In this document: piece by piece, positions 38,454-52,000 of the stretch
How the letters are laid out: each line of letters begins with the position of its first letter
Position numbering within the stretch: position 1 is the stretch's first letter
From: Podarcis cretensis
Lineage: Eukaryota
Assembly (NCBI GenBank): GCA_951804945.1
Contig: OX638153.1
Coordinates: 45,446,001 to 45,510,000, forward strand
Reading direction: 5' to 3'
DNA: 64,000 nt
The notes under the pieces: generated by a model
What the model was told of the DNA's origin: nothing
The model's database searches: none
Seen by the model: only the letters and a program-made list of their open reading frames with translations
Made by a program: the position numbers and the translations under genes

Positions 38454-39127
38454 CACACAATAATAAAGGGAAAGTGTATAAGGCATTGATTGTGAAAAGA
38501 GAAATCATGTGAAATCTGCAGCTGGCCTTCCAACATTTGCATTTCTGTCCAGACCACATCGTTTGGTTAAATCGCTAACCTGAAAATGAGGGGTTTCAGT
38601 GGAAATGCTGACAGATCCTAAACTTTTGTGGCACAGGAACCCTCAAGGCCACTTTGAACTAAGGTCAGGTTTGGAAGGAAAATGAAAGTCAGGGGTGGCT
38701 AGACACAAATATAACATTACAGGCTCCCCTCAGCCCTGCCTGGCATCTACTGTTGTATACAATAACAGCTAGTAAGGTTGATAGTAGCCTCTAGTGGTGA
38801 ACAGTTCTGCAATTTGGCCTACAAACATACTAGCTTCTGCTTTTCCATTAACAGCTCATGTTTGTATGAAATGCTCCACCCCAGTTCACAACTTTCTCTT
38901 GCTTAATGCACAGGTTGATTACCTGCCTGAGCCTTAGGAACTCCTTGGGTCTGCTCTCTCCCACCACAGCATTTTCTTTTTGAAAACTGAATGGGCTTAT
39001 GTACATCATTGCCAAACTACAGTAAGACCCATCATGACGTTGCCACAAGGTAGGGGGAGAACAGGTAGGGGGAAATTAAGTCACTTTCTGACAAATCAAG
39101 GCAATGCTGAATCTGGGAACAGATTTA

Positions 39128-39579
39128 CAGTGGTGCCCCACAAGACGAATGCCTTGCAAGACGGAAAACCCGCTAGACGAAAGGTTTTTCCGTTTTGGAG
39201 GTGCTTCGCAAAACGAATTTCCTATGGGCTTGCTTCACAAGACGAAAATGTCTTGCGAGTTCTTGCGGGTTTTCCCCCCTTCCCCCCTTTTTCTAAGCCG
39301 CTAAGCCGCTTAACAGCTGATCCGCTAAGCCGCTAAGCCGCTAAACAGCTGATCCGCTAAGCCGCTTAACAGCTGATCCGCTAAGCCGCTTATCAGCTGA
39401 TCCGCTAAGCCTCTTAACAGCTGATCCACTAAGCCGCTTATCAGCTGATCCGCTAAGCCCCTAAGCCGCTAATAGTGCTAATCCGCTAAGCCGCTAATGG
39501 GCTTGCTTCGCAAGACGAAAAAACCGCAAGACGAAGAGACTCGCAGAACGGATTCTTTTCGTCTTGCGAGGCACCACTG
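39128..39579. mobile_element. Tigger/pogo-like MITE with internal tandem array
   Basis: TA|CAGTGGTGCCCCACAAGACGAA ... TTCGTCTTGCGAGGCACCACTG|TA, with an array at about 39292-39497. Confidence 0.92.
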
Positions 39580-41357
39580 TATTCATTCCATTCTCCCCCC
39601 CAGTAGTGTACTCACGTGCATTATATTGCCTAATGCAAAGGTGGAAACATTTTGGCAAGTGCGCCATACACTAAATTAGGCTGGGCTTCTATGCACATGT
39701 AGCTTACAGAGCAACCGCCCCCTTGAGCACAATGGGCCTTACTTCTGAAAAAATATGCTTAGAAATGCACTGTTAGTGTATGTGCTACAGTGCACATACT
39801 TGCACACCTTACTTTTGGGGTGGTTTTTATTTCTGGTATACTGAATGGAGGACCAGTCTGTAGCGTAAAGCTGGAAAGGAGAATATACCTGACCATGATA
39901 AACAGACCCATGGAGCACTTTGCTTCTGTCAAGGTTGTCAAGGTGTGCCACAAACCCCTGCTACCTGTGTCATGAGTTATAGTCTTCTGTCCTACTCCTT
40001 GCAGGTAAAAAATAACATATGTGGACCTACCAGATAGTGACTGAAAACCCTTCTTTACCTTGGCAGTTCCAGACAGACATCAAAACAAGGTGGGCCTTCA
40101 TACGTGACAAAGTTCAGGCTTGGTGGCATTCATTGTTCAGCTTGACCAAGACAATCTACCAAACTACTCAAGCTAACCGAGCGGCGTGGGGGGGGGGGGA
40201 GACATTTTGAGTAGATAGGAAACTGTAGCCTTACAGATAACCCGCAAGAAGGGAAAGATTAAGTGTTCATAAAAGTGTCTCTCTCCAAAAGCTTTATTCA
40301 AAGCATCTCTCTTCAGAGGGTTAAATGGCTTCTGCAGGGTCAAATTCTTTACTTCTTTCATTGACTTCTATTGACTATTGCCCTTATTTTCCATTATTAA
40401 AATGAAATCTTCATTGAAAACACTTGGCCTTGGAACATGAAATCAAACAATTTGAGCTGGCTCCCAGACAACCTCAGACTGCTGATATTGTAAAGTAACC
40501 ATTGGCAAAGCGCAGAACTGAAAGAATGAGAATAATGAACTCATTCAGAACAGCCGAGTAGGTCAAAAAGAGTTAGAACGTGCAAACCCGAGAAAGCTGC
40601 TGGGAAGCAATACTTTGAGCACAGATACGAAGGGTGTAAATGTGTAGTGACCCTGGGGACGTCAGTGCAGTGGGGCTGTAATGAAGCCAGACTAAACAGA
40701 GGCCAGGATCTGGCCTAAGTATGGATTAGAAGATTTAAAAATGTTCTAGTGGAATGAAATAATGGCACAGTCCATATAAAAAGAAGAAAATAATGGGAAT
40801 CAGCAGGAATTCAATTGTTTCTTTAGATGCAGGATAAATAAACAATTCTGTTATTAAGCAACCTTGACAGAGAAAGACAGAATTATCAACTGAATCCAGT
40901 CTCTCTGATTAACAGTTATAGACGAGGCAAGCCTTGGGATAATATTACACACACACACACACACACTGACTTCACCATTGCTTCTTATAAATCCTCACAT
41001 AAATTAACTGGCCTCCAGATTTCAATGTCTCAATGTGCACTTGACAAAGGCATATTACTTCTAGGGATCTGCACAGCGACTGACTGTAACATTTTCTTAT
41101 TTGGAAATCAGGAAGAGCCACATGACTGTGGACGCACTAAAGATATTCCATTACTAAACAATTCTTGCCTGTTAAAAGTTGTCGTATAGAATGTGCAGAC
41201 TGGACAAACCATTATATTCTTCATCTGGGAATGGGCTGTTCTCCTGAATGCATGGACTGCTTCCAAGTAGCTGATGTAGCTTGTGGAGCATATGCTAGGT
41301 AGATTTCAATCTCAGTAGGACACAGAACTGTGTGTATTCTGAACTACTGAGTGTGAA

Positions 41358-41360
<3 letters not shown>

Positions 41361-41388
<28 letters not shown>
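41361..41388. repeat. (GT)14 microsatellite
   Basis: Direct reading. Confidence 0.98.
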
Positions 41389-41390
<2 letters not shown>

Positions 41391-42889
41391 ACAGAGACTG
41401 CCAGGTTACTTGGAAAGTTAGCTAGATGAAAGAGTAGGGATGTAGGTGTTTAACAGACAAAAAAATTGTGTCGAGACCCTTATCTTACATGAATCTGGCT
41501 TACTGTCTTTTGGATACTATAACTAGGACACCATTTTGTAATCATACAATTTTTTAAGAGTCTCAAAATGGACTGCATATAAGCATTGTCAGCCAGCCAC
41601 CTGCTTATCAATTGTTTTCTATTTTACATGTCCTTAAATGAGACTTGAGAGTTTCCAAGTTTAGGGCCAATTTGACCAATTTAGGGCCAGGTTTATGGGA
41701 ACGTGAAGAAAGCATGCAAGTGTGATTTACAAGTCCCCTTTCCTATAACACAAAATCCTGCAAAAGATTTTAAGCATACCTAATAATGTTTTTCTTCCTT
41801 ATCCCTCTGTTGTTGTTTTTTTTTTAAAAAAAACCTGCAGTTGAAAAGCACAGGTCCTAAAAAGGGAGACTGCTGTGCTTTGTTTTGTTTTTTAAATCAG
41901 ACGGCAATGATGAATACAACATGAAAACATTTAATAGTTCTCATTAAAGGCATTGGTGGAGAAAAGACTTGATTAATGAACAGTATGCCATGGTTATAAA
42001 TAAGCTGCACTTTGCTTGTAACAGAGCTGGTCAAGAAAATTAATGTTTTGTTTTCCGTAACCTTTGTACTCTCCCTTCCTCTGCTACTATGGCAAAGCTT
42101 AATACATATTAAGTCGATCTTTCTCAGAAAAAGACAACACAACCTTGCCCAGATTTCAGATAGAAAGAAAGCAGACAACAAGAATTCATAGGCATTTGTT
42201 TTTGCAAAAGTTGAAAGCCACATCCTCTCTGTGTACTAGTGAATCTCCCCATTTCAGAAATTAACTTACTGCCCAGATTTCTTTTTGTCAGCAAAGCACC
42301 TTCTGCAAAATATACCAGAAAAGTATACTTAAACATATATTTAGCACCGAAACCATTCAGAAACCCATTCATCAGTAGGCTAAAAATAATCTAAGAACTG
42401 TTGCTTCACCAAATAGTTGGTCTGCATCCCCCCTCCACTGCTTCTATTACATTACCTAATCCTAAACCATCTCACTCGCCCAGTCAAATAGTATTCCCAT
42501 CAGAACAATAACTTTCTGCACAAGGTGTGCCCTGTTGGATTCAACTAAGGAGAGGGGACACAGAAATTATACTTAAACCCAGGTAAAGAAAAATGTATTT
42601 GCCAAATGTGCAGTTTGGAGGAATATTATTCTTGCCTATGAAAGGAACAAAATCTGATGGGTCTGCAGCCAACTATTGTATGATTCTTTTGTTGACCGAG
42701 CTGCTTCACACAGAGGTCAGCTGAGGGGTGGAACAGTCCTTGCAGCAAAGGAGAAGAGGGCAACAGAGCACAGGAGAAAGCAGTAAAGAGGCACGGCAAC
42801 ACAAAGGTTGCAATTAACTAGCGTGTTAGGAGCTTTCTAAGAAAAGAAGGAGGACCCCAAACCCAAGAGAAAATATTTAATACAGAACT

Positions 42890-43140
42890 AAGAAGAAGAA
42901 GAAGAGTTTGGATTTGATATCCCGCCTTTCACTCCCTTTAAGGAGTCTCAAAGCAGCTAACATTCTCCTTTCCCTTCCTCCCCCACAACAAACACTCTGT
43001 GAGGTGAGTGGGGCTGAGAAACTTCAAAGAAGTGTGACTAGCCCAAGGTCACCCAGCAGCTGCATGTGGAGGAGCGGAGATGCGAACCCGGTTCCCCAGA
43101 TTATGAGACTACCGCTCTTAACCACTACACCACACTGACT
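42890..43140 (-). mobile_element. Squam3-type tRNA SINE, full length
   Basis: On -: head cagtgtggtgtagtggttaagagcggtag (A box), ccgggttcgcatct (B box), and (TTC)n tail. Confidence 0.88.
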
Positions 43141-43296
43141 AATAACTGAAGTTTTTTAAAACCTACTATCCAAGGAGTAACACCATTCACATTGGTAAAA
43201 AGTATGGATATTTTCTTCCTGGTGGACGCAAAAAATAACAATCATTTCCATAGTGCACCCAAGTTCTCAAACAATGGGCCTAAAAACTGTTTAAGC

Positions 43297-43482
43297 CAGG
43301 GGTTGTCAACCTGGTCCCTACCAGCCACTAGTGGGCGTTTCAGGATTCTAGGTGGGCGGTAGGGGGTTCTACGGCACAAGCTGAATCCTCCTTCCATCAA
43401 GCACTGGTGGGCTGTAAGGAAATTTTACAATCAAGAAAGATGCATTAGTGGGCAGTAGGTATAAAAAGGTTGACTACCTCTG
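43297..43482. mobile_element. hAT (Charlie/Buster-like) MITE
   Basis: TIRs caggggttgtcaacct / aggttgactacctctg and 8-bp TSD gtttaagc/atttaagc. Confidence 0.88.
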
Positions 43483-43672
43483 ATTTAAGCAGTTAGGTAT
43501 GTATAAAAACTTCTGGAACTAAGGATCTGACACTGCAGTGGCAGTTTGGTAGGAGAAAGACAAGTCTCAAATAAACTGGGAAGTCTGTGACTGTTGGCAA
43601 TAATCAGTGGTAGGGGAAGGGGAAGATAGTATTTTGGCATTAGAATGATTGAAAAGGCATCTCACAAAAGAA

Positions 43673-43722
43673 GAAGGAAGGAAGGAAGGAAGGAAGGAAG
43701 GAAGGAAGGAAGGAAGGAAGGA
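43673..43722. repeat. (GGAA)n microsatellite
   Basis: About 12 units. Confidence 0.98.
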
Positions 43723-43900
43723 CGGGACGACAGATGACCAAGGATTGAGGACTCGTGGATCCAACCATTGCAAACATGCACAAGTCCCCAGTTCACGTGG
43801 CATAAAGGAAGCATAAAAAGACAAACTATTAGCCATTTTAAGATCCTTTGATAAGGCTTGGTTGTAATGTTATGTAGGACTGCTTCTTGTAGTGAAGATT

Positions 43901-44055
43901 CAGTGTGGTGTAGTGGTTAGTGTAGGACTAAGATTCAGGAGACTCATGAAGCTATTTACTATCTCTCAGCCTAATCTTCCTCATAGGTTTTTTGTGAGGC
44001 TAAAACAGGGGAACCTTGAGCTCTCTAGGATAAGGGCAGGATATAAATGCATTAA
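43901..44055 (+). mobile_element. Degenerate Squam3/MIR-like SINE
   Basis: cagtgtggtgtagtggttag head and ctatctctcagcctaatcttcctcataggttttttgtgagg core. Confidence 0.65.
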
Positions 44056-45499
44056 ATATGGAGAAAACAACTGAGAACACACTTTGGGTCTCTTTAATGT
44101 CGACACCGTTTGCAATACAGAGTGCAAAGATCTCACAACTTCTGTTAATGCCTACCTCCTCTTGGTCCCCTAGAAAGGAATAACATCTTATTGGAACTTC
44201 TGCTACTGTAAAAAATCAGCATCACCAGTGGATTTACACCAGCTCAATACACAGATCTATCCTGGTTTCTGCTAGAAGCTCCTTCCAAAATTCAGCCATA
44301 GAGCTTTATGAGGAGTAGCCAGTATAGTTAGTTTCATAACTTTGTAAGAACTGACCTGAAAGTTAAATTATTCCAGTGGCTTCAAAACTACTTGGGTTCT
44401 GTACTTCCCACAGGGCAACATTATTGATTATATTTCTGCTTCATCCTGTAATAATGTTCTCCCTAAAATAAGATGCAGATGGAAGCTTTATGGTTATCCA
44501 GCTTTAATTAAAACATATTAGAGCAGCAGTCAGTACAGAAAGGCTAGCAAGTATACTGTAATTTGGGGGAAATGTCTTAAATCACTGCTGTAGCCTAACA
44601 GTTTTTGAGAGATCCGAGGGGTGGGCAAGATTTCTCTCTCACACATGACCAATGGTGGCTGGTGCCCAACTGGACTGGTGGGGTGGAAAGCAAGGAGACA
44701 AACTGTAGGTGGAGCCACAGTCAGCAATAGGAAGAGCCACCCCTGACTGGAAGTGGGGCTGTCCCCTGGCATACTGAGATTGGTGCAGGGCATCCTTTGC
44801 CCCAATGGCCCGGTCTCCACTGTGCATGATAGGTGTGGATGACCTACTTGCTCACTCCTAACCCACATGACAATGTTATAGAAAGGGAGGTGTCCACTGT
44901 GTAAGAAAGGATTTAACCTGGATTTGGTACCAAAGTCTTCCTCTAGTATATGCCAAAAATGAAGAGTTCCTTGGATCAGAATTTGAATTTCTAACTTTAA
45001 TTTGTTTATCCTAATGGTGTCCAAACCAAAGTTGGGTTTGTTTCTTTCAAACTCGGCAGGATAGCTGGCCAACTTTACCATGGTTTGTTGTTGGGTTAGG
45101 AACCCTGGCTCATTTAGATCAACTGGCTTGGCTCCTGGATTTGGGATGGCACATAAACTAAGCTTGATTACAACTTCCTGGTTTGCTTCTTTCACTCATT
45201 GCATGGTAGAAGCAACATGGGAGTGATTGAAATGTGTGCATGAGTACCCTGTGTATTCCCAGCAAGCCATACAAATCCTGCACCCTGGCTTACTGGGAAC
45301 ATGCTAATGCAACCACTGCCTCCTAGAAACCCTTTTTAGATGACCCCATGCTGGCTCTGTGGCAGCTATTTAGTCCATTCTAGTTTCCTCTACACAGGCC
45401 ATACATCAAAGGAGTGCAAAGGAGTGTTGGAGTCACCCCCGCCCAAAAGTCAAGCAGACCCATATGGATAAGGCAGGTACATGTGGATGAGCTCTTGCC

Positions 45500-45691
45500 T
45501 TGATGATGATGATGATGATGAATTACTTATACCCCAACAAGAGATTAAAAATACATTAAGATACCAGTCATTAAAAACTTCCCTAAACAGGGCTGCCTTC
45601 AGATGTCTTCTAAATGTCAGATAGCTGTTTATTTCTTTGACATCTGATGGGAGGGCGTTCCACAGGGCGGGTGCCACTACCAAAAAGGCCT
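45500..45691 (-). mobile_element. L2-type LINE 3' end
   Basis: ORF 45450-45719 contains AFLVVAPALWNALPSDVKEINSYLTFRRHLKAALFREVF, the L2 ORF2 C-terminal motif, and a microsatellite tail. Confidence 0.88.
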
Positions 45692-48600
45692 TTGACTCCC
45701 TAAAACCAAATAACAACAAGGTCCATTCTAGGGAAATACCCCTTCAGTCTCCAAGTAACGCCTCAGGGAGCTCACCAATGTGCATAATTTAATATAACCC
45801 CTAAAGCCACGTTCCTGGAAAGTTTGGGTCCAGAGAAACTTTCTCTTCTATCTCACTTCCATACAGGTTTTGAAGAAGTGGTAATTTGCTACTTTGTTGT
45901 TATGACAAAAATACTGTATATGGTTATAAAAATAAAAAAACCATCTGCTCCCAGCAACAATTTTATTTTATTTTTAAAAATACCATTATTGTCATGTTCC
46001 CAATGTTGATTTCAGTCAAGTCTTTTAAAATATTTATGTAAGAATGTAAGATTTATATAACTTTTTTGTATTAGTTTCCCCTTTTGCAGCAACTGTCCCT
46101 GCTGGTGTATTTCTGTCCAGAATAATATTTTTATAATATTGTGGTCACTAGGAGTTTAATAGGAACAGTGAGAGTGTTGTTTGTGTAGTTTACTAGAAAA
46201 CAGCAGTCCCTTTGGGGCATCGCTTATCTACATTAGGAAAACAAAGGTGGATATATTTTGGTGGGCACACAACACATACCCACACCCTCCCTTCTGGTAA
46301 GAGCTTGTCTTCTATCATTGGCTTTCAGCCCATACAACTGTAAGCAGGGTTTGGTTGTGTGTGTATTCAATATATAAACAAACTGGAGGGAAGGGAAGGA
46401 AGAAACCTCTTAGATAATAATCACAAAAATGGTCCTGAACTTTTTCAGCATGACTGCCAAAAAGAAAACTAAACTAATCTAGGGACACTTGAGCAATTAA
46501 GCCTTGGTCAATTCTGATATGAAGTGACCTGATTCGCACCTCCCCAAACTAAGGGGCAAATAAGAATGTAGTTATTCACAGGCTTTTGCATTTCCAGATT
46601 GTTCCAACACATTTTTAACTCAAAACATGCATCCATCTTGGGTTTAGATTCCAAATGCCTCAATTGGTTCTAGAGGCACAGTACAGGGGATTTTTTGGGG
46701 GATTATTTAACTTCCTAAACCTACGTAACTTGGAAATTTACTGTCCCAGAAGGCATTGCTTCATTCATCTTCCTGGGCTGGGGTCTAAGATAGCCAGCAT
46801 TTTTTACATGTCACTAATTAAGGTGAGTGCCACTCAAGTGCACACCACAGGAAACATGCTTTGGTATGGCCTTTAACCTCCTGAACTGGGTGCAGGTTCC
46901 AGTGCAGAATCAGAGAGGCAAGTGAGGTATTAAATCCTTCTCCTGTCTGGGCATGTCACAAACCATCACTACATGTGTCACTTGTGGCACCTATGCTTCA
47001 ACTTGTTTCTTTGTGATTTAAGACTAAATTAAAAACTGACAGTCAAATTGCATTTCTTCATACAGTAATTACACATTGTTTCAATTATTCAAGACCCACT
47101 CATTCACCATCTGGGATAGACATTCTGATAATCCCCTTTTTGTGAACTTTTTCTGCCACTATATAATGTGTTCAAGAAGAGAAAAAGGGAAAGAACACAG
47201 AAAGCAAAGGATGAGTTCTGAGAGTTCCTGGTGTCTTATTCCTTCATTTATCAGGTTGCCAGATTTACCAGTTCCACTAAACTTATGCCTATCAGTTTGC
47301 TGTGCATGGAATGACTATCCTCTAGTCTCCAAGAGCAGGCAAACTTTTATGTTAGTGAAAAAGTACAAGTTGTGGAACTAAGCAATAATGAAGATTTCAG
47401 AAACAATCCTAATGCAGGCATTATGTATGTAACTATCTCTTATATATCTGTTACTTTCCCTATCACACTATTCACACCTTCCTGCCACAGGCAAGATTTA
47501 AGCATGATTTGTCTATGTACCAGAACCACTTTGTGTGCGTTCTCTGCTCTTTCTTGGGAAGCCTATTAAAATCATTGGCACTGAAGTGCATTCCCTGGCT
47601 GGCTAGTGACAGTGATGAAAGTTAAACAAAACAGGAAGTTGATGTTAACCATTCTAAAAGCAAGTCCATCTGAAGTTCAAAGAAAGAAAGGAAGGGAAGG
47701 GTGGAGGATCTTCAAGGAAGTGGGAACTATACAGTCTTCCAAGAAAATCCAGAGCGCCAGCTAAGCAAAGCATCACCACATTTAAATAATAATAATAATA
47801 ATAACAACACTAAAAGGATGCAGAGTTCCACTACATAGGGCTAAGTGAGAGGCATTTGGTTAGCATCATTCTAGTTTCGTTTCAAAGCCTTCCACTCCAA
47901 GCTTCTGCATGAGAAATGGCACCACCACCCTTTCTTTCTGAACAGCTGGTTTTCATGGGTTTCTAGCTTGGCGCAGCTTACTGACACCTTGGAGGCTCCT
48001 TGGAGGCAGCAAGCATATAAGGTAAAAAGAAAAAAGGCAGGAGAAAATGAAACCCCTCTTGTACCCATCTACTTAAATTCACTTATGCTTGGCAATGGTT
48101 TTAAACTGGTAGCTTGACAGACAGCCGCTGCTGGCTTACACTGGAAGCTGCCTAATTTAGTATGCCAACATTCCCTAACACATGTACATCCAAAAAAAGG
48201 CTTCTGTCACTTTCTTAGGATGCAATAATCTGTGGGAAAAAAATTGTAAACATTTTAGGGAGTGTTTCTGCAGTAAGATCTTGTTACTGGTAAATATAAG
48301 ATCTCTCCAGAAAGGCAGATTGTGACTCGATTCCCTTTGATCAGGTACATTTATATATTAGAAAAATAAAGCAGGCAATCTGCAGTATAAAAAACATTCC
48401 TTCTAGCAACAATCACCTACAACAGAGGGAGGATACAATATATGGGCTGTATGTCAACTATCATACAGTTCAATCTTCAAAGAAAAAGTTGAAGAAAGAA
48501 AGGGATCAGACAGAAAGCAGACCCCCCTATAGCAGTGATGATGATACTGAATAATTGGAAGCCTTACAATGCACCGTCCTCAAGAGGCTGCTCTGTGTGC

Positions 48601-50385
48601 TCTGAAGGAATATTTGTCTAAACAATTTCATTTGGGTTAATGCAATTATTGCATGCAGGCTCTCAACAAGGAGACACACACAGAAGGATGCAAAAAAGTA
48701 TAACAAGTACAACCTTTGACCATGTTCACATGCCAATTGGACAGTTACGTCAATTTAATAAATCCTTTCTTTCCAGTGAAGGTGGGCTTTGGAGGTAGGC
48801 AATAGGTGGGGAACCTGTGGCCCCTCCATTGTCGGAGGCAGTCTGTCTCTAAATACCAGTTGTTGTGAACTGTAGTGGAGAGCTCAGGTTCAAGTTGTTG
48901 GGCTCAGGTTCTGCTTCAAATAATAATATTATTATCTGAATAATACTATCTGTTGATGATGATGATGATGATATTTATACACTGCCCACCTGGCTGGGTT
49001 TCCCCCATGGGCATTTGGTTGGCCACTGGGAGTTCAGAACATTTCCAGCAACTACATGCTAGCATTTGGACCACTCCCATACAGCTTCTGGCCATAGCCT
49101 GAAGGCAGTAGGTAGGGAACCATGTCACCACTGCCAGGAAAATGCTATCCCTTTTCCTAGGCCACCCCTTTTATTGTAAGTGGGCCCTTCCATTCCCAAA
49201 GGAAAGTACATAGCTTAGTACGGGGGCCCACTGAAGGCAGCTGCTTTATCTACAGCCCTTGAGAGATGTAGTGCAATATATTCTTGAAAGCTAAATTAAT
49301 CCATGTGGAGAGAGAGAGCGCGCGTGTGTGATTCTTACAAAGGAGCAAGCCATGACTATTTAACATTGAGCCAATTCAGCACAACTGCTTTGTTGGAAAC
49401 CCTCTAGCCATGTTTGCATTGGGAACACATGATCTCTAATGAGGAACATGTGTTCAGTAAAAATGATAAAACACCTGAGTTAGAAAGGCAGGAGCAACGA
49501 ATGACCTTGCCCCACATTTTGCTGCCTGGAAACTGTTTTACTGAAACTTATTGCTTGGAGAGTTAGAACGTGATAAAACAGGTGGGACTGGCACACTGCA
49601 CGTTTCTATCAGCCCTCTGCCTTGTAAAGTCAAGGGCGGAATGGTGTGAAACATCAGTGATGCATGCAAAACAAACAGCATTCTTAAACTTGAGCAAGAT
49701 AGCCTGGCCTGATCCAAGGTCTGTTGAAATCTACAGGAACTGACCAGTGACATCAACAAAACTGAATCGCATCGCTTCCACATAAAAATCTTTTCATGAA
49801 TTTTGTAGTCACAATCTAAAATGCAGAGACACTGGGAAACTTTGGCTCAAGTCTGAATGTTTTATACAGAGGGTCCTGAAATGTGCATGGCTGCTTACCA
49901 GCCAAGAATACGTATATAAAAGGGAATGTCTGCAAAAGAATCAATGGCTGGGCAATGGCTGAACAAGATTTATTCCCTCTGTGGAATGCTACATCTTGAT
50001 CTCCAATCGCTTTACCCAAACAAACATTCAACCCCAAAGCTGTTTATACATGTCACTAGCAATGCGAAGCCACTTATCACTGGTAATAATATTCTGTACT
50101 GCTATAGTAATATCTGAAAGCAGGAACCACAGGATCAGGGTCACCTCAACCACGAATGGTTTTGTGCCACTTAATCACCTTGGCAAAGCACAGGACCCAG
50201 GTCCAGTCAAGTTATTTTGGCACCTGAGGCAGAAAATTATCACAAATGCCTCCCCTCCAGAACTAAAAATACAGCAATAATAAATTAAATAACTAACAAT
50301 TTCCTGCCATTTCACAACACTTCAAAACTGAGGCATAACCTTCACTTTGTCTGTCTAATAATAAGCAACTCTGTCCATCACTTCC

Positions 50386-50420
<35 letters not shown>
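50386..50420. repeat. (TTTC)n microsatellite
   Basis: Direct reading. Confidence 0.97.
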
Positions 50421-51784
50421 GTGAAATCACAGTCCTATTGCAGGGCCATATCCTGAGTAGCTTTGCCCTCAGAATAGTTAGGCTGGCATTAGACCTGCTC
50501 CAACATGGCACCTGAAGAGAAGACAGTGAGGTTATAGCTGTACTGTAGGCTGGCTAAAGACCAAAAATAGTATTTGCATCTGACACAATATCCTCAGAAC
50601 CAGAATGTCATGGCTGCAGAGGAGCAGTGGGAGGTACCAGCTAGGGAACCTCCCCAAGGGAAGAAAGCTTAGATTTGCAGTTTCACTTCCACAGAAACTA
50701 AGTCCGCTTGCCTTACATACTTTCTGGACATTCATATGAAACTTCTACCTAACATTCAGCAATATCAATGAACTACTTGCTTTTTAAGTACCCTGCTCAG
50801 AAGGAGTGGGTTGCTATATATCAGGAGTGGAGATTTGCAAGCCAGAGCCTTAATTCCCTCACCAGGTGCCAACTTTGATGAGTCTACAGGATTGCCCACC
50901 TGTCAATCACATGCCAGTTACCTGACATCGAAATGACATTAGGTGATCCATTTTCCTTAGCTGGAATGGTTTGAAATAAATCTTCTCTGGGCAGAGTTAC
51001 AGTAACTTTGCAAGCACTGAATCTCAGCAGATGTGAAGATTGATGCTTTCCAGGCTACACTAAAGAGTTCCTAATATAATAATCATTTTGGGGTAGTCTC
51101 AGACAAAGGTTGTACACCCAGTTAATCTGCTTTTAAGTGGTTTATGCTTAGGAACTTTATAAGCAGGGTTTTTATTTGTTTATTTTTCAATTTTATTTTT
51201 GAGAATTTAACAAAGATTCGAGTCGGGTGGTTGGCCCTTTAAGAGTGGGGAGTAGAGTGTAGGAGAGAGGGATAGGAGGCAAAGGCTCAAATAGTTTCTC
51301 GCCCAGAACTCTCCTTGGTGCTGAGACAGTGGCCTATCTTGCTCCCTTACTGCAGTCATGTCCTAAATTGCAGATCCTACAATGAGCAGGATGTGGACTA
51401 GATGATGTCCAATGTACCTTTCAACTCTTTAATTGTATGTCCTGAATATCAGCATTAAAAGGTATATCCAGAGGTTCAGTTGTTCCCAGTAGCAAATGTC
51501 TATGGATTTCAAATCTCCTTTCCAAGTGACATAGTTAATAGTCATCACCATATCTGGTGATGGGGAATTCTAGAAGTTTAGTATGCATTTTATGAATTAT
51601 TATTTCCCTTCTGTCTATTTTGAAACTATGGCCCAAACCATTTAATTGGTTGGCTCAGTACTCCTGAGCCCACTAATTGAAAAAAAACTCTCTCATAATT
51701 CCCTCCCCAGAGACTTTGTTTCTAAACTACAAAATAGATAAATCTTGAAATTTGTCATAAGAAGGCAGACTCAGCCTCTGGATT

Positions 51785-52000
51785 CTTTTAGCTGCAGTTT
51801 TCTGAACCTTTTACAGCTCTACGGTATCCTTTTTGAGGTGAGGTGGCCAAACCTGTGTGCAGTATTTTAAATGAGACAGTTCCGTGTATTTATCAGAGTC
51901 ATTTTGGCACTTGCCATTTCTATTTTTAATCCCACCCCCCACCAACAGAAACTCCCAACACTGTCAAGCTTTTTTTTGCTGCTGCTGCTGCTACACACTG
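51785..52000 (-). mobile_element. Old CR1 ORF2 fragment
   Basis: On -: catttaaaatactgcacacaggtttggccacctcacctcaaaaaggatacc, like HLEYCVQFWSPHLKKD. Confidence 0.6.

Noticed and set aside
38785-38800. CTCF-like motif (ccactagaggctac on -)
   Set aside because: Mismatches in the core GGC positions, and a single weak match is expected by chance in 64 kb.
39292-39497. CRISPR-like appearance of the regular array
   Set aside because: No unique spacers, no cas genes, eukaryotic context, and it lies between MITE TIRs.
44530-45195. Longest ORF in the window (221 codons on -, 183 aa from an ACCATGG at 45081)
   Set aside because: No recognisable domain. It runs across what look like two unrelated old repeats (aaccatggtt-type at about 45015-45190 and a MITE-like segment at about 44650-44825), and the good Kozak context comes from the repeat motif. 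Probably chance. tBLASTn/PhyloCSF would settle it.
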